Source: a virus
Lineage: Duplodnaviria > Caudoviricetes
DNA length: 61,395 nt
Virus record (IMG/VR): IMGVR_UViG_3300020045_019627
Coordinates: 1 to 61,395 of that record
Reading direction: 5' to 3' (one strand)
This document shows positions 1 through 8,288 of this stretch, piece after piece (the stretch's first letter is position 1; each line of letters opens with the position of its first letter). Made by a program: the position numbers and the translations under genes. A model generated the notes under the pieces. That model did no database searches. It was not told the DNA's origin and saw nothing but the letters and a program-made list of their open reading frames with translations.

Positions 1-74
1 AAATGAAGTCGTTGTATCTGTAACATGCCCTCATTGAAGGCGCTTTGCTTTCCTTGGTCTTCAAAGGGGTTCAT
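1..74 (-). CDS. 5' part of a hypothetical protein running off the window (MNPFEDQGKQSAFNEGMLQIQRLH...)
   Basis: Hand-translated; ATG at 74, open to position 1; TATA-like sequence near 212. Confidence 0.55.
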   Translation of the reverse strand, partial: MNPFEDQGKQSAFNEGMLQIQRLH

Positions 75-297
75 TGTGGTTGTTTATGCTTGATTTCCTT
101 TCGTTTTATGCCTAAAACATGGCATAAAGCCGCTTCGTGTCATCGGGGTCGGGGGCATTTATACAATTTGTTTTCCGGTAAAGGATTTTTTGGTGGGTTG
201 CTGTAGAACCAATATATAAGAGTTTGTTTCAAAGAAAACCTCATTACAAAATGCTAAAAACTATTAGCAAAGAAAAAAGTTATTAGAAAACAAAGAA

Positions 298-534
298 CTA
301 TTGCTTCTTGATCCGCAACCAATGCTTGTTTACCCGATCAACATAACCATGAGACACCAACATATTAATATGAGATACCTGGGAAGCACGAGCCACCTTC
401 AACACGCCAAGAGAACCAAGAACAGTACGGGCCTTATGAACACCAATCCGATGCTCACCACTTAGTTGATGGAAAACGCTCTTTCTGCCGAGACGTTCGG
501 CAGTGTAAGCGTACCAGTTAACGGGGTACTCCAT
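298..534 (-). CDS. Small basic hypothetical protein, start uncertain
   Basis: ORF track; last gene of a minus-strand run. Confidence 0.35.
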   Translation of the reverse strand: MEYPVNWYAYTAERLGRKSVFHQLSGEHRIGVHKARTVLGSLGVLKVARASQVSHINMLVSHGYVDRVNKHWLRIKKQ

Positions 535-785
535 TTGTCTCCTTCCTCCATACTATGATTGAACGGTATAGTTCTAGCGATGACGCAATAGTCACAAGGG
601 TTTTTAGCGATATCTATGTATGGGGCAGTATCATACTTGTGACCAAGTACCATAAGAACCACTAACATAAAAATGACATAATCACGCCAGTCATACAATA
701 ATAAGTTCTTGTACCAAGGCTTTTTCGGAAACAAAAGCTCTGGTAATGACTTCTTTGGTTTGGTCGTAGGAATGATGTCATCCAT
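462..785 (-). CDS. Membrane protein with CxxC motif
   Basis: One TM helix; NPCDYC. Confidence 0.7.
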   Translation of the reverse strand: MDDIIPTTKPKKSLPELLFPKKPWYKNLLLYDWRDYVIFMLVVLMVLGHKYDTAPYIDIAKNPCDYCVIARTIPFNHSMEEGDKWSTPLTGTLTLPNVSAERAFSIN

Positions 786-805
786 AAACGGTCACACTAT
801 ACTAA

Positions 806-1000
806 TTAACCATTAATAAGTTTGTTCGCCAGGAAATAAGTGAATGGTCCAATAATAGCAATCAACGCGATCTTCAACCATAATGGGAACGCATCCCAAC
901 CAAAGCTGTTACTGAACGCACTAAGAACAATAATGATCTCTGCAGCAACGGCTATGAGCAATGAGTACTGGTCTATTTCTGAAAGATCGAAGTCTACCAT
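806..1000 (-). CDS. Small two-TM membrane protein
   Basis: Two hydrophobic helices; overlaps upstream gene. Confidence 0.7.
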   Translation of the reverse strand: MVDFDLSEIDQYSLLIAVAAEIIIVLSAFSNSFGWDAFPLWLKIALIAIIGPFTYFLANKLING

Positions 1001-1245
1001 TGTTCTTTCTCCATCTCTTCTAGTAGCATGAATTGTTGTTGGACACTGATGAACTCAATCACTAATAGGGCGATAGTAAAGAAGATGAGTGGTATCCACC
1101 AATAGAGTTCTTGAAGTATTGCTGCACCACCAACTAAGAGAATACCCACCATCTGTCCAAGGATCCCGAAGCGTTTGGCTTTTGCTTGTTGTAACGGCGT
1201 GACTTCTTTAATGCCTTTCTTGAATCGGTGCAGTAATGAAGTCAT
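994..1245 (-). CDS. Small two-TM membrane protein
   Basis: Basic N-terminus and two hydrophobic helices. Confidence 0.7.
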   Translation of the reverse strand: MTSLLHRFKKGIKEVTPLQQAKAKRFGILGQMVGILLVGGAAILQELYWWIPLIFFTIALLVIEFISVQQQFMLLEEMEKEQW

Positions 1246-1251
1246 TGTTCA

Positions 1252-1368
1252 TCATTCCTTTTTTTTATCTTGTTGAATAAGGAAGTCGTGCCATGATCGT
1301 CGTCCTTTTGTTTGTCGTAACAGTTCATATTCGTGATCTTCAAGAATGATATTAAGGTGCTTAACCAT
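1252..1368 (-). CDS. Ribbon-helix-helix-like microprotein (38 aa)
   Basis: Hand-translated MVKHLNIILEDHEYELLRQTKGRRSWHDFL; strand-helix-helix pattern. Confidence 0.65.
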   Translation of the reverse strand: MVKHLNIILEDHEYELLRQTKGRRSWHDFLIQQDKKKE

Positions 1369-1393
1369 AACTCACTTACTAGCACAGTATTAT

Positions 1394-1552
1394 TTAAGAG
1401 TTACGATCAAAGAACTCAAGAACACTCACCAAGAACTTACTACCATTAAGCTGCCACTTGAACAAGAAATAGGGCATTCTGGTTTTTCTTAACGACTTAA
1501 AATACTCATACCGCTCTCGAGAATCAATCTCCCAATTCTTATCATACATCAT
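1394..1552 (-). CDS. Hypothetical protein (likely start MMYDKNW)
   Basis: 3' part of track ORF 1394-1645; the 5' part overlaps the AbrB gene. Confidence 0.5.
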   Translation of the reverse strand: MMYDKNWEIDSRERYEYFKSLRKTRMPYFLFKWQLNGSKFLVSVLEFFDRNS

Positions 1553-1560
1553 TAGTACCC

Positions 1561-1716
1561 TCATAGTTTGATTGCCTTGACTTTGGAAAGTTCCAGGTTG
1601 CCTCTTTCGTTGAAGCTGATGGTTAGGCTGTCTCCTTTTTTCCATCCGGCTTGGTCTACGTAGACTTTTGGGATTGTTACATGAAATTGTCGCTTGTTAT
1701 GCTGTAGTTTGACCAT
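1561..1716 (-). CDS. AbrB/MazE/SpoVT-family DNA-binding protein (51 aa)
   Basis: Hand-translated QFHVTIPKVYVDQAGWKKGDSLTISF. Confidence 0.8.
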   Translation of the reverse strand: MVKLQHNKRQFHVTIPKVYVDQAGWKKGDSLTISFNERGNLELSKVKAIKL

Positions 1717-1774
1717 TTTTGACCGCCGTATTTATTTCTTAGTATAGTAGTAGTATTCTACTATTTAAATACTT

Positions 1775-2266
1775 CTATTTTGAAGTAGGCTGTAGACCAC
1801 GCCCTAAGTGCTTCGGTCGCCCCCTTCCGTACTTGTACTTTCCTTCCTTCTTGGCGCGTTCGATCCCTATGACTTGCTTCTCTCGCATGTCTTCCGGCAT
1901 GTAGCAGCTCACCGCCATCTTCATTCGAAACATGAGACGACCGCTTGCATTGCTCAAGTCAACACTGTCACTCATGCTTAAGAGATTGCATGAGCCACTA
2001 AACTCTTTCTCAAGTCTTGCCTGATCTTCCCAATTCCTCGTCAAACGATCTATGTTATAGACCACCACCGCATCAAAAGACAATAAGTTATCAAGGATCT
2101 TCTTGAACTTCTTCCGTTCCATCAAAGGCAGGCGGCCAGATTCTTCATCAGCAACAGCCCACACAGCACTCCAACCCATACGCTCGGCGTAATCTTTGAG
2201 CTTATCCAGTTGTTGCCTTACATTCTGATCATCCGTGCTCACTCTCGCATATAGACAAACTTTCAA
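1775..2266 (-). CDS. Small serine recombinase (resolvase/invertase family)
   Basis: YARVSTDDQ catalytic Ser motif, DRLTR, GIERAKKEG..GRP; TTG start. Confidence 0.95.
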   Translation of the reverse strand: MKVCLYARVSTDDQNVRQQLDKLKDYAERMGWSAVWAVADEESGRLPLMERKKFKKILDNLLSFDAVVVYNIDRLTRNWEDQARLEKEFSGSCNLLSMSDSVDLSNASGRLMFRMKMAVSCYMPEDMREKQVIGIERAKKEGKYKYGRGRPKHLGRGLQPTSK

Positions 2267-2328
2267 ATTACACGCTCCTTGTTTGCAAACAATACCCTAC
2301 CCTACTTTTGAGGGGTTATCCTCGACGA
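2267..2328 (-). promoter_or_regulatory. Conserved site upstream of resolvase (candidate res/operator)
   Basis: Blocks TCGTCGA, ACCCC, GGTAGGG, ATTGTTTGCAAA and GGAG in the same order as at 41993-42053. Confidence 0.6.
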
Positions 2329-2366
2329 TAGACCACCCACATTATTTGGTTATAAATCGAGGTCCA

Positions 2367-2522
2367 TTATTTACATACTGCTTTTGCAAGCGGATCCCAT
2401 ATGAACCAATCATCAGGCATAGAGTAGCGGTTGACAAGACCTTCTTCTTCGAGTTCTCGCATTGTTTCGTGGTATACAGCCCAGGAGACGAACAATATGA
2501 TAGGAACAAAATACCACTTCAT
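2367..2522 (-). CDS. Small membrane-anchored protein (51 aa)
   Basis: Hand-translated MKWYFVPIILFVSWAVYHE...; ATGA overlap. Confidence 0.6.
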   Translation of the reverse strand: MKWYFVPIILFVSWAVYHETMRELEEEGLVNRYSMPDDWFIWDPLAKAVCK

Positions 2523-2662
2523 TCTTTTTCAACCTCTCTTATGATGTATTCAGCTAATTGTTTCCAGTGCATATCAACCCAATTCTCACCGTCCCAATCA
2601 GGTTCACCAGCAGTATGACAAGCAGTCTCTATCTTTGCTTTCAACTCATCAGACAAGAGCTT
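2517..2662 (-). repeat. 146-bp exact repeat, inverted relative to 40654-40799
   Basis: Reverse complement matches 40654-40799 base for base. Confidence 0.97.
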
Positions 2663-2665
2663 CAT
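2519..2665 (-). CDS. 48-aa protein identical after the start Met to 40645-40797
   Basis: MKLLSDELKAKIETACHTAGEPDWDGENWVDMHWKQLAEYIIREVEKE. Confidence 0.8.
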   Translation of the reverse strand: MKLLSDELKAKIETACHTAGEPDWDGENWVDMHWKQLAEYIIREVEKE

Positions 2666-2892
2666 TCTTCTACCTCATGAATTGAATATGCTTTAGCACA
2701 AAAGTTGCAAACATATTTTCCATCGTATCGTAGTATAATACTTCTCCGTTTACATGAAGGACAACCATATAAGGTTTTTTTATGGTGCTGCCATTGAAAT
2801 CGTTCTGTTCTTTCACCCGCCCACCAACCAACACCAAAAGCCAGACAAATACAGAATGCCCAAACAATAAGTTTAAATAGTTCATCAGTCAT
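2662..2892 (-). CDS. TM-anchored Zn-ribbon protein
   Basis: N-terminal TM; CPSC...CNFC. Confidence 0.7.
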   Translation of the reverse strand: MTDELFKLIVWAFCICLAFGVGWWAGERTERFQWQHHKKTLYGCPSCKRRSIILRYDGKYVCNFCAKAYSIHEVEE

Positions 2893-3037
2893 ACGGCACC
2901 TTTATGAAACGAAAAGCTTCTGGTATGACGTTTAATAGTGTAGAACTGGCTCAACGACGTGTTGAAGAACTTGCCATGTATAACAGAAAAGCAACCAGAA
3001 AAGGTAGAACTGTTTTTGAAATCTTTCAATAGTTGTA

Positions 3038-3187
3038 TCATTGAATCACCTTTACTTTTTGGTAACCGCCCCATTCGTGAATATCTCCATGTTTCTTATG
3101 AGCCACGGAGATAGTCTTGTACAGCTTCTTACAGTTGTTGCATTGCCACACAAACAATGGCTTAATTTTCTGGGTGGTAGCTATCAT
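3038..3187 (-). CDS. C2H2-like Zn-finger microprotein
   Basis: Hand-translated WQCNNCKKLYKTISVAHKKHGDIH. Confidence 0.55.
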   Translation of the reverse strand: MIATTQKIKPLFVWQCNNCKKLYKTISVAHKKHGDIHEWGGYQKVKVIQ

Positions 3188-3190
3188 AAA

Positions 3191-3616
3191 TCATCTTTGC
3201 CTCTTCTTTTCTTTGATTTTCTTGAGTGCTTTGAATAGTTCTGCGAAGCAATACCAGATGAATACGACAAGGTAGATTATGGGTATTGCTGCCGTCAGTA
3301 TCCAGAAAAAAAAGAGTACTTTTGCCAAAAATAAATAGTTATATTCTGGATTTTCATAACCATAATCCATTGCATATTTTCCCCCTTCAATGGTTGTAAA
3401 TATAAGAAAATCTGCATACTTGTAGATAATCCTCACTGGAAGGGTAATATTGACATTGCTCACCATATCATCAATGTTGGAGTTTGCCATTATATAGGAA
3501 TATGAAACTTTACTTTTCGTATTAGTAAACTCATCAGGTGTTTGTCCCGACTGATGAACTGCAGCACCGAAACTAAGAAATAACAGTATCATCAGAATTA
3601 TAATGCGCCATATCAT
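3191..3616 (-). CDS. Membrane protein
   Basis: N-terminal signal/TM, C-terminal TM and basic tail. Confidence 0.75.
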   Translation of the reverse strand: MIWRIIILMILLFLSFGAAVHQSGQTPDEFTNTKSKVSYSYIMANSNIDDMVSNVNITLPVRIIYKYADFLIFTTIEGGKYAMDYGYENPEYNYLFLAKVLFFFWILTAAIPIIYLVVFIWYCFAELFKALKKIKEKKRQR

Positions 3617-3852
3617 GAATGTTCACCATATAACATGACCACCATTGCCCCATTCGTGAGCTGACTAATCTCGTAGCGATACCACTTCAACTTGACCTTT
3701 TCAGTGGAGAGTTCTTGCCATATCTCATCTTTGGCCTTCTGGATCATCTTCTCATACTGATTGATCCGCAAGCCCATGAAGTTCCTAATACTGGCGAGAA
3801 TATCTGTGATAAACGACCGCGATACCACCCGAACTTTCATAACCTCATTCAT
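3613..3852 (-). CDS. YbjQ/UPF0145-like protein
   Basis: SRSFITDILASIRNFMG...YEKMIQKAKDE and MVVMLYG match the YbjQ pattern. Confidence 0.7.
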   Translation of the reverse strand: MNEVMKVRVVSRSFITDILASIRNFMGLRINQYEKMIQKAKDEIWQELSTEKVKLKWYRYEISQLTNGAMVVMLYGEHS

Positions 3853-3977
3853 ACCTTCACACTCCAAAACTGTGGCTTCCTCCTGCTGTAGGCCTTATTG
3901 CAAAATTCGCAGTAGTCTATATAGCGAGTATTCCGTGCCATAGCATCACCATGAACCGGGCACTTTTTAGTATTCAT
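3849..3977 (-). CDS. Zn-finger microprotein
   Basis: Hand-translated KKCPVHG...YCEFCNKAY; ATGA overlaps at both ends. Confidence 0.55.
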   Translation of the reverse strand: MNTKKCPVHGDAMARNTRYIDYCEFCNKAYSRRKPQFWSVKV

Positions 3978-4021
3978 AGTTCTTCTACCCCTTTGTACTG
4001 CTTATACCAATTATGATAGAG
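3973..4021 (-). repeat. 49-bp exact repeat, inverted relative to 39866-39914 (3' end of homologous genes)
   Basis: ctctatcataattggtataagcagtacaaaggggtagaagaactatgaa occurs in both elements. Confidence 0.93.
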
Positions 4022-4210
4022 TGCATAGGTCTCGCTGTACCCAGTAAGACGTTCCAGCTGCAAAACATACAAGAACTCATCTTCCAAAATACTCCTCTTC
4101 CTCTCAACCATCTTCAAAACATCAGGATAACTCTTATACCGAGTCATGTTCTTCTTGATAGTCTCAAGATTATAAACAATACGACCAAGATGAACATGCG
4201 CTTCTCTCAT
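3974..4210 (-). CDS. Hypothetical protein, homologue of 39668-39913
   Basis: Last 29 aa identical to the element A gene. Confidence 0.8.
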   Translation of the reverse strand: MREAHVHLGRIVYNLETIKKNMTRYKSYPDVLKMVERKRSILEDEFLYVLQLERLTGYSETYALYHNWYKQYKGVEEL

Positions 4211-4356
4211 GAACCATCACCATTTATTGCCTTTATCCTTTTACTAATAGATTCTAAACGCTGTATCGCATACTTAGTAGCCAAATAACTACCAATAGCA
4301 GTGCCAATGCCATTACAAATACCTATAAATATTGTCGTGCTTATATCTATTCCCAT
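4207..4356 (-). CDS. Small membrane protein (49 aa)
   Basis: Hand-translated MGIDISTTIFIGICNGIGTAIGSYLATKY. Confidence 0.6.
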   Translation of the reverse strand: MGIDISTTIFIGICNGIGTAIGSYLATKYAIQRLESISKRIKAINGDGS

Positions 4357-4369
4357 AAGACAACAACCA

Positions 4370-4699
4370 TCATGCCTCTCCTAGCTTGGTGATGTGGAAC
4401 TCGTTTTGTTTTGGCTGCATTGCAAGAACCACAATACTACCTTTCTGATGTTCTTGCGCACTAAACATCATTGGTAACAATTGGTCAATAAGCTTTCTGT
4501 TACCAGTCTCCCATTCTTTATTAACAGGCTGACCGTCACAGCTCACTACTTGCATAATGAGCTTTGGAGTTGGTGGCTTATTATTGAAACTACGATCTTC
4601 TATCTTCCAAGCAGTAATGACTAATTGTAAGCTTTCGCCGACATCAATACTGAAGTACTTGTTCTCGAATTTTTTTGCTTCTTCTCTTGTTATGCTCAT
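4370..4699 (-). CDS. Possible OB-fold ssDNA-binding protein
   Basis: Beta-rich 109 aa near the helicase; fold is an inference. Confidence 0.45.
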   Translation of the reverse strand: MSITREEAKKFENKYFSIDVGESLQLVITAWKIEDRSFNNKPPTPKLIMQVVSCDGQPVNKEWETGNRKLIDQLLPMMFSAQEHQKGSIVVLAMQPKQNEFHITKLGEA

Positions 4700-4913
4700 T
4701 CATACACACTCCCGATGCCACCCATGACAGTACGTCTTGTAGGATGACTTCGTGTAAGCTTGATGGGTCGTAATGTTAAACGATACCATTCATGGAGATT
4801 TTGTATTGTTTGTGTCTTTGGGAATGAAATGGTCAAGGAGCGGGGAATCTCGCTCGCTCCTTGACCGTGAGGTGCTCCATCCTTATTACTGCTTTTATTA
4901 CTGGGTGGAGTGG

Positions 4914-5102
4914 TCATAGGTCATCGTCCGGAATCTCCCAGGGGATTTCTTGTTTATCCCACATGATGCTACTGATCATGTGATTGGGGAAGCTGATTGT
5001 TTTCTTTGCGTTTGGCTCATACACTGTGATGAATCCTTGATCAATTGCCGTGATCTGTATGTTGTTGAGTGTTAATCCACTGACCAGAGTGATGAGTGTC
5101 AT
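4914..5102 (-). CDS. Small beta-rich protein, possibly Sm-like
   Basis: ORF track; alternating hydrophobic strands. Confidence 0.5.
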   Translation of the reverse strand: MTLITLVSGLTLNNIQITAIDQGFITVYEPNAKKTISFPNHMISSIMWDKQEIPWEIPDDDL

Positions 5103-5251
5103 TCTTCTACCTCGCCGTTTTTTACTAATTCGATAGTTACTCTGACTATTGTTCCTTCTCCATAGTTGAAGATGTCGGCTTGTTCTAGTGGTATTCTTAT
5201 TCCTAAGCCGTTCCCGAATTGTTTTATTTTTGTTGTGAAACTGTTTTCCAT
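5099..5251 (-). CDS. AbrB/MazE-family regulator (50 aa)
   Basis: Hand-translated TKIKQFGNGLGIRIP...YGEGTIVRVTI. Confidence 0.85.
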   Translation of the reverse strand: MENSFTTKIKQFGNGLGIRIPLEQADIFNYGEGTIVRVTIELVKNGEVEE

Positions 5252-5274
5252 AGTTGTTCCCTAAACCAATGAAG

Positions 5275-5322
5275 TATATAAATGTTTGTTTAGTTATTCT
5301 TTAGTTACAAAGAATAATTTAA
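5275..5322. promoter_or_regulatory. Divergent archaeal TATA boxes for the AbrB operon and the helicase
   Basis: TTTATATA on minus strand ~24 nt before ATG 5251; TTTAAATA on plus strand near 5318. Confidence 0.6.
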
Positions 5323-5325
5323 ATA

Positions 5326-7203
5326 ATGGTTAATGCCGGAAGCCATACCACAATGACTCTCTACGACGAAATAAAAGCACGACAACTAGAAGCCGGAATA
5401 ACAAAGACATCATTTTACATATGCCAATCATGTGCTGAAATAACTGAAAGCGCCGACTATACAGACAAATGCCACAGTTGCCAATACCAAGGAGCACTCA
5501 TAGAACGAAGCACCATCGAACGAGCAACAGAAGCACAAGAACAAGTACGCGAGAATATCAAGGAGAGAATAGAAAACAGTAAGATACCAGTCAACCTTGT
5601 TGGCACAGTAGAAAGTATCGCTAACGATATAGTCATCGAGGAAACAAGACAAGAACTAAAAATTAATCTAGCGAAAGGCAAATGGTTACGACGAGGAGCA
5701 GAAATCATAATAGAACACAACCCAATATATTTTGATCAAACAGAAACATGGTGGGTCTGGAACCACCAAAAAAAAAGCTGGGAAGAGAAAGACGAGACTG
5801 ACATCTTAAACCTTTGCCACCACACCCTAGAATTAGTTGGCGACACTAGCATAAGACACAGTAACCTCTTACTCAAAGCACTACAACAAGTAGGCAGACA
5901 AAAACAACCCAAAGAACTACCACTAGAAATGATCCAATGTAGCACAAAAATTATTAATATAAAGACAATGGAACAAACCGAGAGCACACCAGAATATTTT
6001 AGTACCAATCCTATTCCTTGGGAACTGGGGAAGACAACAAACACCCCAATACTTGATGAATTAATTACGAGTTGGATCGGCAAAGAATTACTCAATACAA
6101 TGTATGAGATAATAGCCTATACATTATATCGAGAGTATCCTATCCACCGTGTCTTTTGTTTTGTTGGCAGCGGCAGTAATGGGAAAAGCAGAGTATTCAA
6201 AATCATTGATAAGTTTCTTGGTGGAAACAACAAGAGTAGCGTCAGCCTAAAAAAATTAAGTGGTAATGACTTTGCAATCTATCCACTCTATCGGAAGCTT
6301 ATCTGTTATGTTGGGGAGACAAGTCACCACGCACTAGAGAGCACAGAGATCATCAAAAGCCTTAGCGGGCAAGACCCGGTGAGTTTTGAAGGAAAAGGAA
6401 AGAATAGCTTCACTGGTTACAACTATGCAAAACTCTTTCTTGGGACAAACATGCTCCCCCCCAGTACTGATAATAGCAGGGGATGGTACCGTCGTTGGTT
6501 TATCATTAACTTCCCGCATGAGTTCCCCGAGGGTGAGGATGTTTGCAATCGTATTACTGATGAGGAATATTCTTGTTTGTTAACAAAATGTCTTAGTTTA
6601 TTGCCTGCGTTATTGCAGCGTGGTAATTTTAGTACTGAAGGGACGATTGAGGAGCGTCAGGCGAAGTATATTGCTAATAGCAATCCGTTTAAGGAGTATC
6701 TTGATTTGTGGTATGATCGTGATACCAATAGTAGTGTTCGCTATGGGGAGTTGTATAATGAATATTTGTCCTTTCTTTCTGAGCGAAAGTTACGACGTAT
6801 TAGTTACAAAGAGTTCCGTACTAGTTTGGAAGATCAGGGGTTGGAAATGCATAAGTCTGGGGTTCGGGAGGCTGATGGTAGTACTACGAGTTTTAATGTT
6901 GTTTTGGGTTTGAAGCGTTTGCCGAAGCAGCGTTGTTTTACCGTTTTATCTGTTTTACCGGGGTCCTACTCTGTTCCAGATCATATTTTTAGTATAGTAG
7001 AGAGTACAAACACGATAAAACAGATAAAACAAATAAAACAGGATAAGATGGAAAGGTTTTTCTCGTGGATAAATGATGGTGAAAAGGGCATGCGCGATAT
7101 TATTTCTATAGAAAAGATATGGCCTGATATAGCATGGGAGACCTTGATTGCACATGGAGAATTGTATGAACCACTGCCAGGCTACCTAAAAACTCTTTCC
7201 TAA
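5326..7203 (+). CDS. D5/P4-type SF3 helicase with N-terminal Zn finger; no visible primase domain (start may be 5353)
   Basis: Walker A GSGSNGKS, LICYVGE, motif C KLFLGTN, WYRRWFIINF; CQSC...CHSC. Confidence 0.9.
   Translation: MVNAGSHTTMTLYDEIKARQLEAGITKTSFYICQSCAEITESADYTDKCHSCQYQGALIERSTIERATEAQEQVRENIKERIENSKIPVNLVGTVESIANDIVIEETRQELKINLAKGKWLRRGAEIIIEHNPIYFDQTETWWVWNHQKKSWEEKDETDILNLCHHTLELVGDTSIRHSNLLLKALQQVGRQKQPKELPLEMIQCSTKIINIKTMEQTESTPEYFSTNPIPWELGKTTNTPILDELITSWIGKELLNTMYEIIAYTLYREYPIHRVFCFVGSGSNGKSRVFKIIDKFLGGNNKSSVSLKKLSGNDFAIYPLYRKLICYVGETSHHALESTEIIKSLSGQDPVSFEGKGKNSFTGYNYAKLFLGTNMLPPSTDNSRGWYRRWFIINFPHEFPEGEDVCNRITDEEYSCLLTKCLSLLPALLQRGNFSTEGTIEERQAKYIANSNPFKEYLDLWYDRDTNSSVRYGELYNEYLSFLSERKLRRISYKEFRTSLEDQGLEMHKSGVREADGSTTSFNVVLGLKRLPKQRCFTVLSVLPGSYSVPDHIFSIVESTNTIKQIKQIKQDKMERFFSWINDGEKGMRDIISIEKIWPDIAWETLIAHGELYEPLPGYLKTLS
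6934..7040. repeat. Inverted iteron arrays, candidate replication origin
   Basis: Three YGTTTTAYC-like units facing three RATAAAACA units across an AT-rich spacer. Confidence 0.6.
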
Positions 7204-7214
7204 AAAGCCGTGGT

Positions 7215-7352
7215 TCACCAGTGTTGGATACAGTAACCAGCTATAACTGATTGTTTAAGGCAATGGCGGCTTTTTTCTTTTAGCCACGCTTGACAACGCT
7301 TTCTTAAAAAAGTCTCGCCATTTTGGCTGTATCGCGGTTTAATGGGGTTCAT
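7215..7352 (-). CDS. CCCH-type Zn-finger microprotein
   Basis: Hand-translated RCQAWLKEKSRHC...GYCIQHW. Confidence 0.6.
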   Translation of the reverse strand: MNPIKPRYSQNGETFLRKRCQAWLKEKSRHCLKQSVIAGYCIQHW

Positions 7353-7441
7353 CTTATCATTCCGTTATTGCAATAAGGGCAAGGTCTACCATCGAGTCTT
7401 GTTTGACCACCACAATAACGACACAATTTCTTTTTCATCAT
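7349..7441 (-). CDS. CxxC-CxxC Zn-finger microprotein (30 aa)
   Basis: Hand-translated LCRYCGGQTRLDGRPCPYCNNG. Confidence 0.55.
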   Translation of the reverse strand: MMKKKLCRYCGGQTRLDGRPCPYCNNGMIR

Positions 7442-7514
7442 TCACCAGTAATAAAAAAGAATAAAAAAAGAAATGACTTCATAAAAAACGATGTACACTA
7501 AAACTTCTCAACAA

Positions 7515-7961
7515 TCAGATGTTCATCATTTCTCTAAAGCCAGGGCTCATCATTGCTATGATAAATAGCAATACCGCCAGTGCGATAAAAATCACAACCA
7601 AACTTAAAGTACTACGACTTGTCGAATCACCAACGTCCCGATAGATATACGTCACAAAGAACGTGCCATTACGATTAACACTCGTAACAGTACCTTGTGA
7701 TAAACTAAACGTATAGTTCGCAGGAGCAGTCAACAATGACCCACCAGTACTATTTTTAATACTGGTAATGCTGTCCAGCTGATTCTTCGTCAAGCTCACG
7801 GTAGCACCATTTGCCACCCAATTAATACTTTCGTTTGTTATGGTATTTGCTTGTGTAGCACTTGTTACAGAATTAGCAATCATCTGAGTGAAAACAATTC
7901 CCAATATGAGTAACACAAATCCTACTACTAGCATCCCAAGCAATGTTTTGTTTTCTGCCAT
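7515..7961 (-). CDS. Putative major capsid protein, spindle-virus type
   Basis: Hydrophobic helices at both termini around a beta-rich insert with N-x-S/T sequons; strong GGAGGTG RBS. Confidence 0.6.
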   Translation of the reverse strand: MAENKTLLGMLVVGFVLLILGIVFTQMIANSVTSATQANTITNESINWVANGATVSLTKNQLDSITSIKNSTGGSLLTAPANYTFSLSQGTVTSVNRNGTFFVTYIYRDVGDSTSRSTLSLVVIFIALAVLLFIIAMMSPGFREMMNI

Positions 7962-7988
7962 TTTATTTTTCTCACCTCCACCCGGTCA

Positions 7989-8288
7989 CTACAGGCGTGT
8001 TCTTTCAAAATACCGCATGACTGGCGGTTTCTTGAATGTGTGTCGTTGTTGCTCATCAGGCGATAGATGATTAATCCCATCATCAAATGCCTTACGAGAC
8101 TGTAGTTGTTGATAATTGTTTATTTGTTGTCGCAAATAACGTTTCCGTTCTTCATTGAGCTGTGCTTGTCGTTGTCGTTCAAGCCCATCGAGTTGTTTAT
8201 CACCAACTTCTCTAGGTCCTAATCTAGGATCGCGAGCATATAATGCTTTAGTTGTCGCAACTTTTCGTAGTACATCAAATACTTTCAT
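7989..8288 (-). CDS. Basic hypothetical protein
   Basis: ORF track; operon position. Confidence 0.7.
   Translation of the reverse strand: MKVFDVLRKVATTKALYARDPRLGPREVGDKQLDGLERQRQAQLNEERKRYLRQQINNYQQLQSRKAFDDGINHLSPDEQQRHTFKKPPVMRYFERTRL

Noticed and set aside
1775-2266. IS607-type transposons for either serine recombinase
   Set aside because: No N-terminal HTH and no adjacent tnpB
7202-7275. Terminator hairpin aaaaagccg/cggcttttt after the helicase
   Set aside because: The loop is about 56 nt and the region encodes a Zn-finger ORF on the other strand; support is weak
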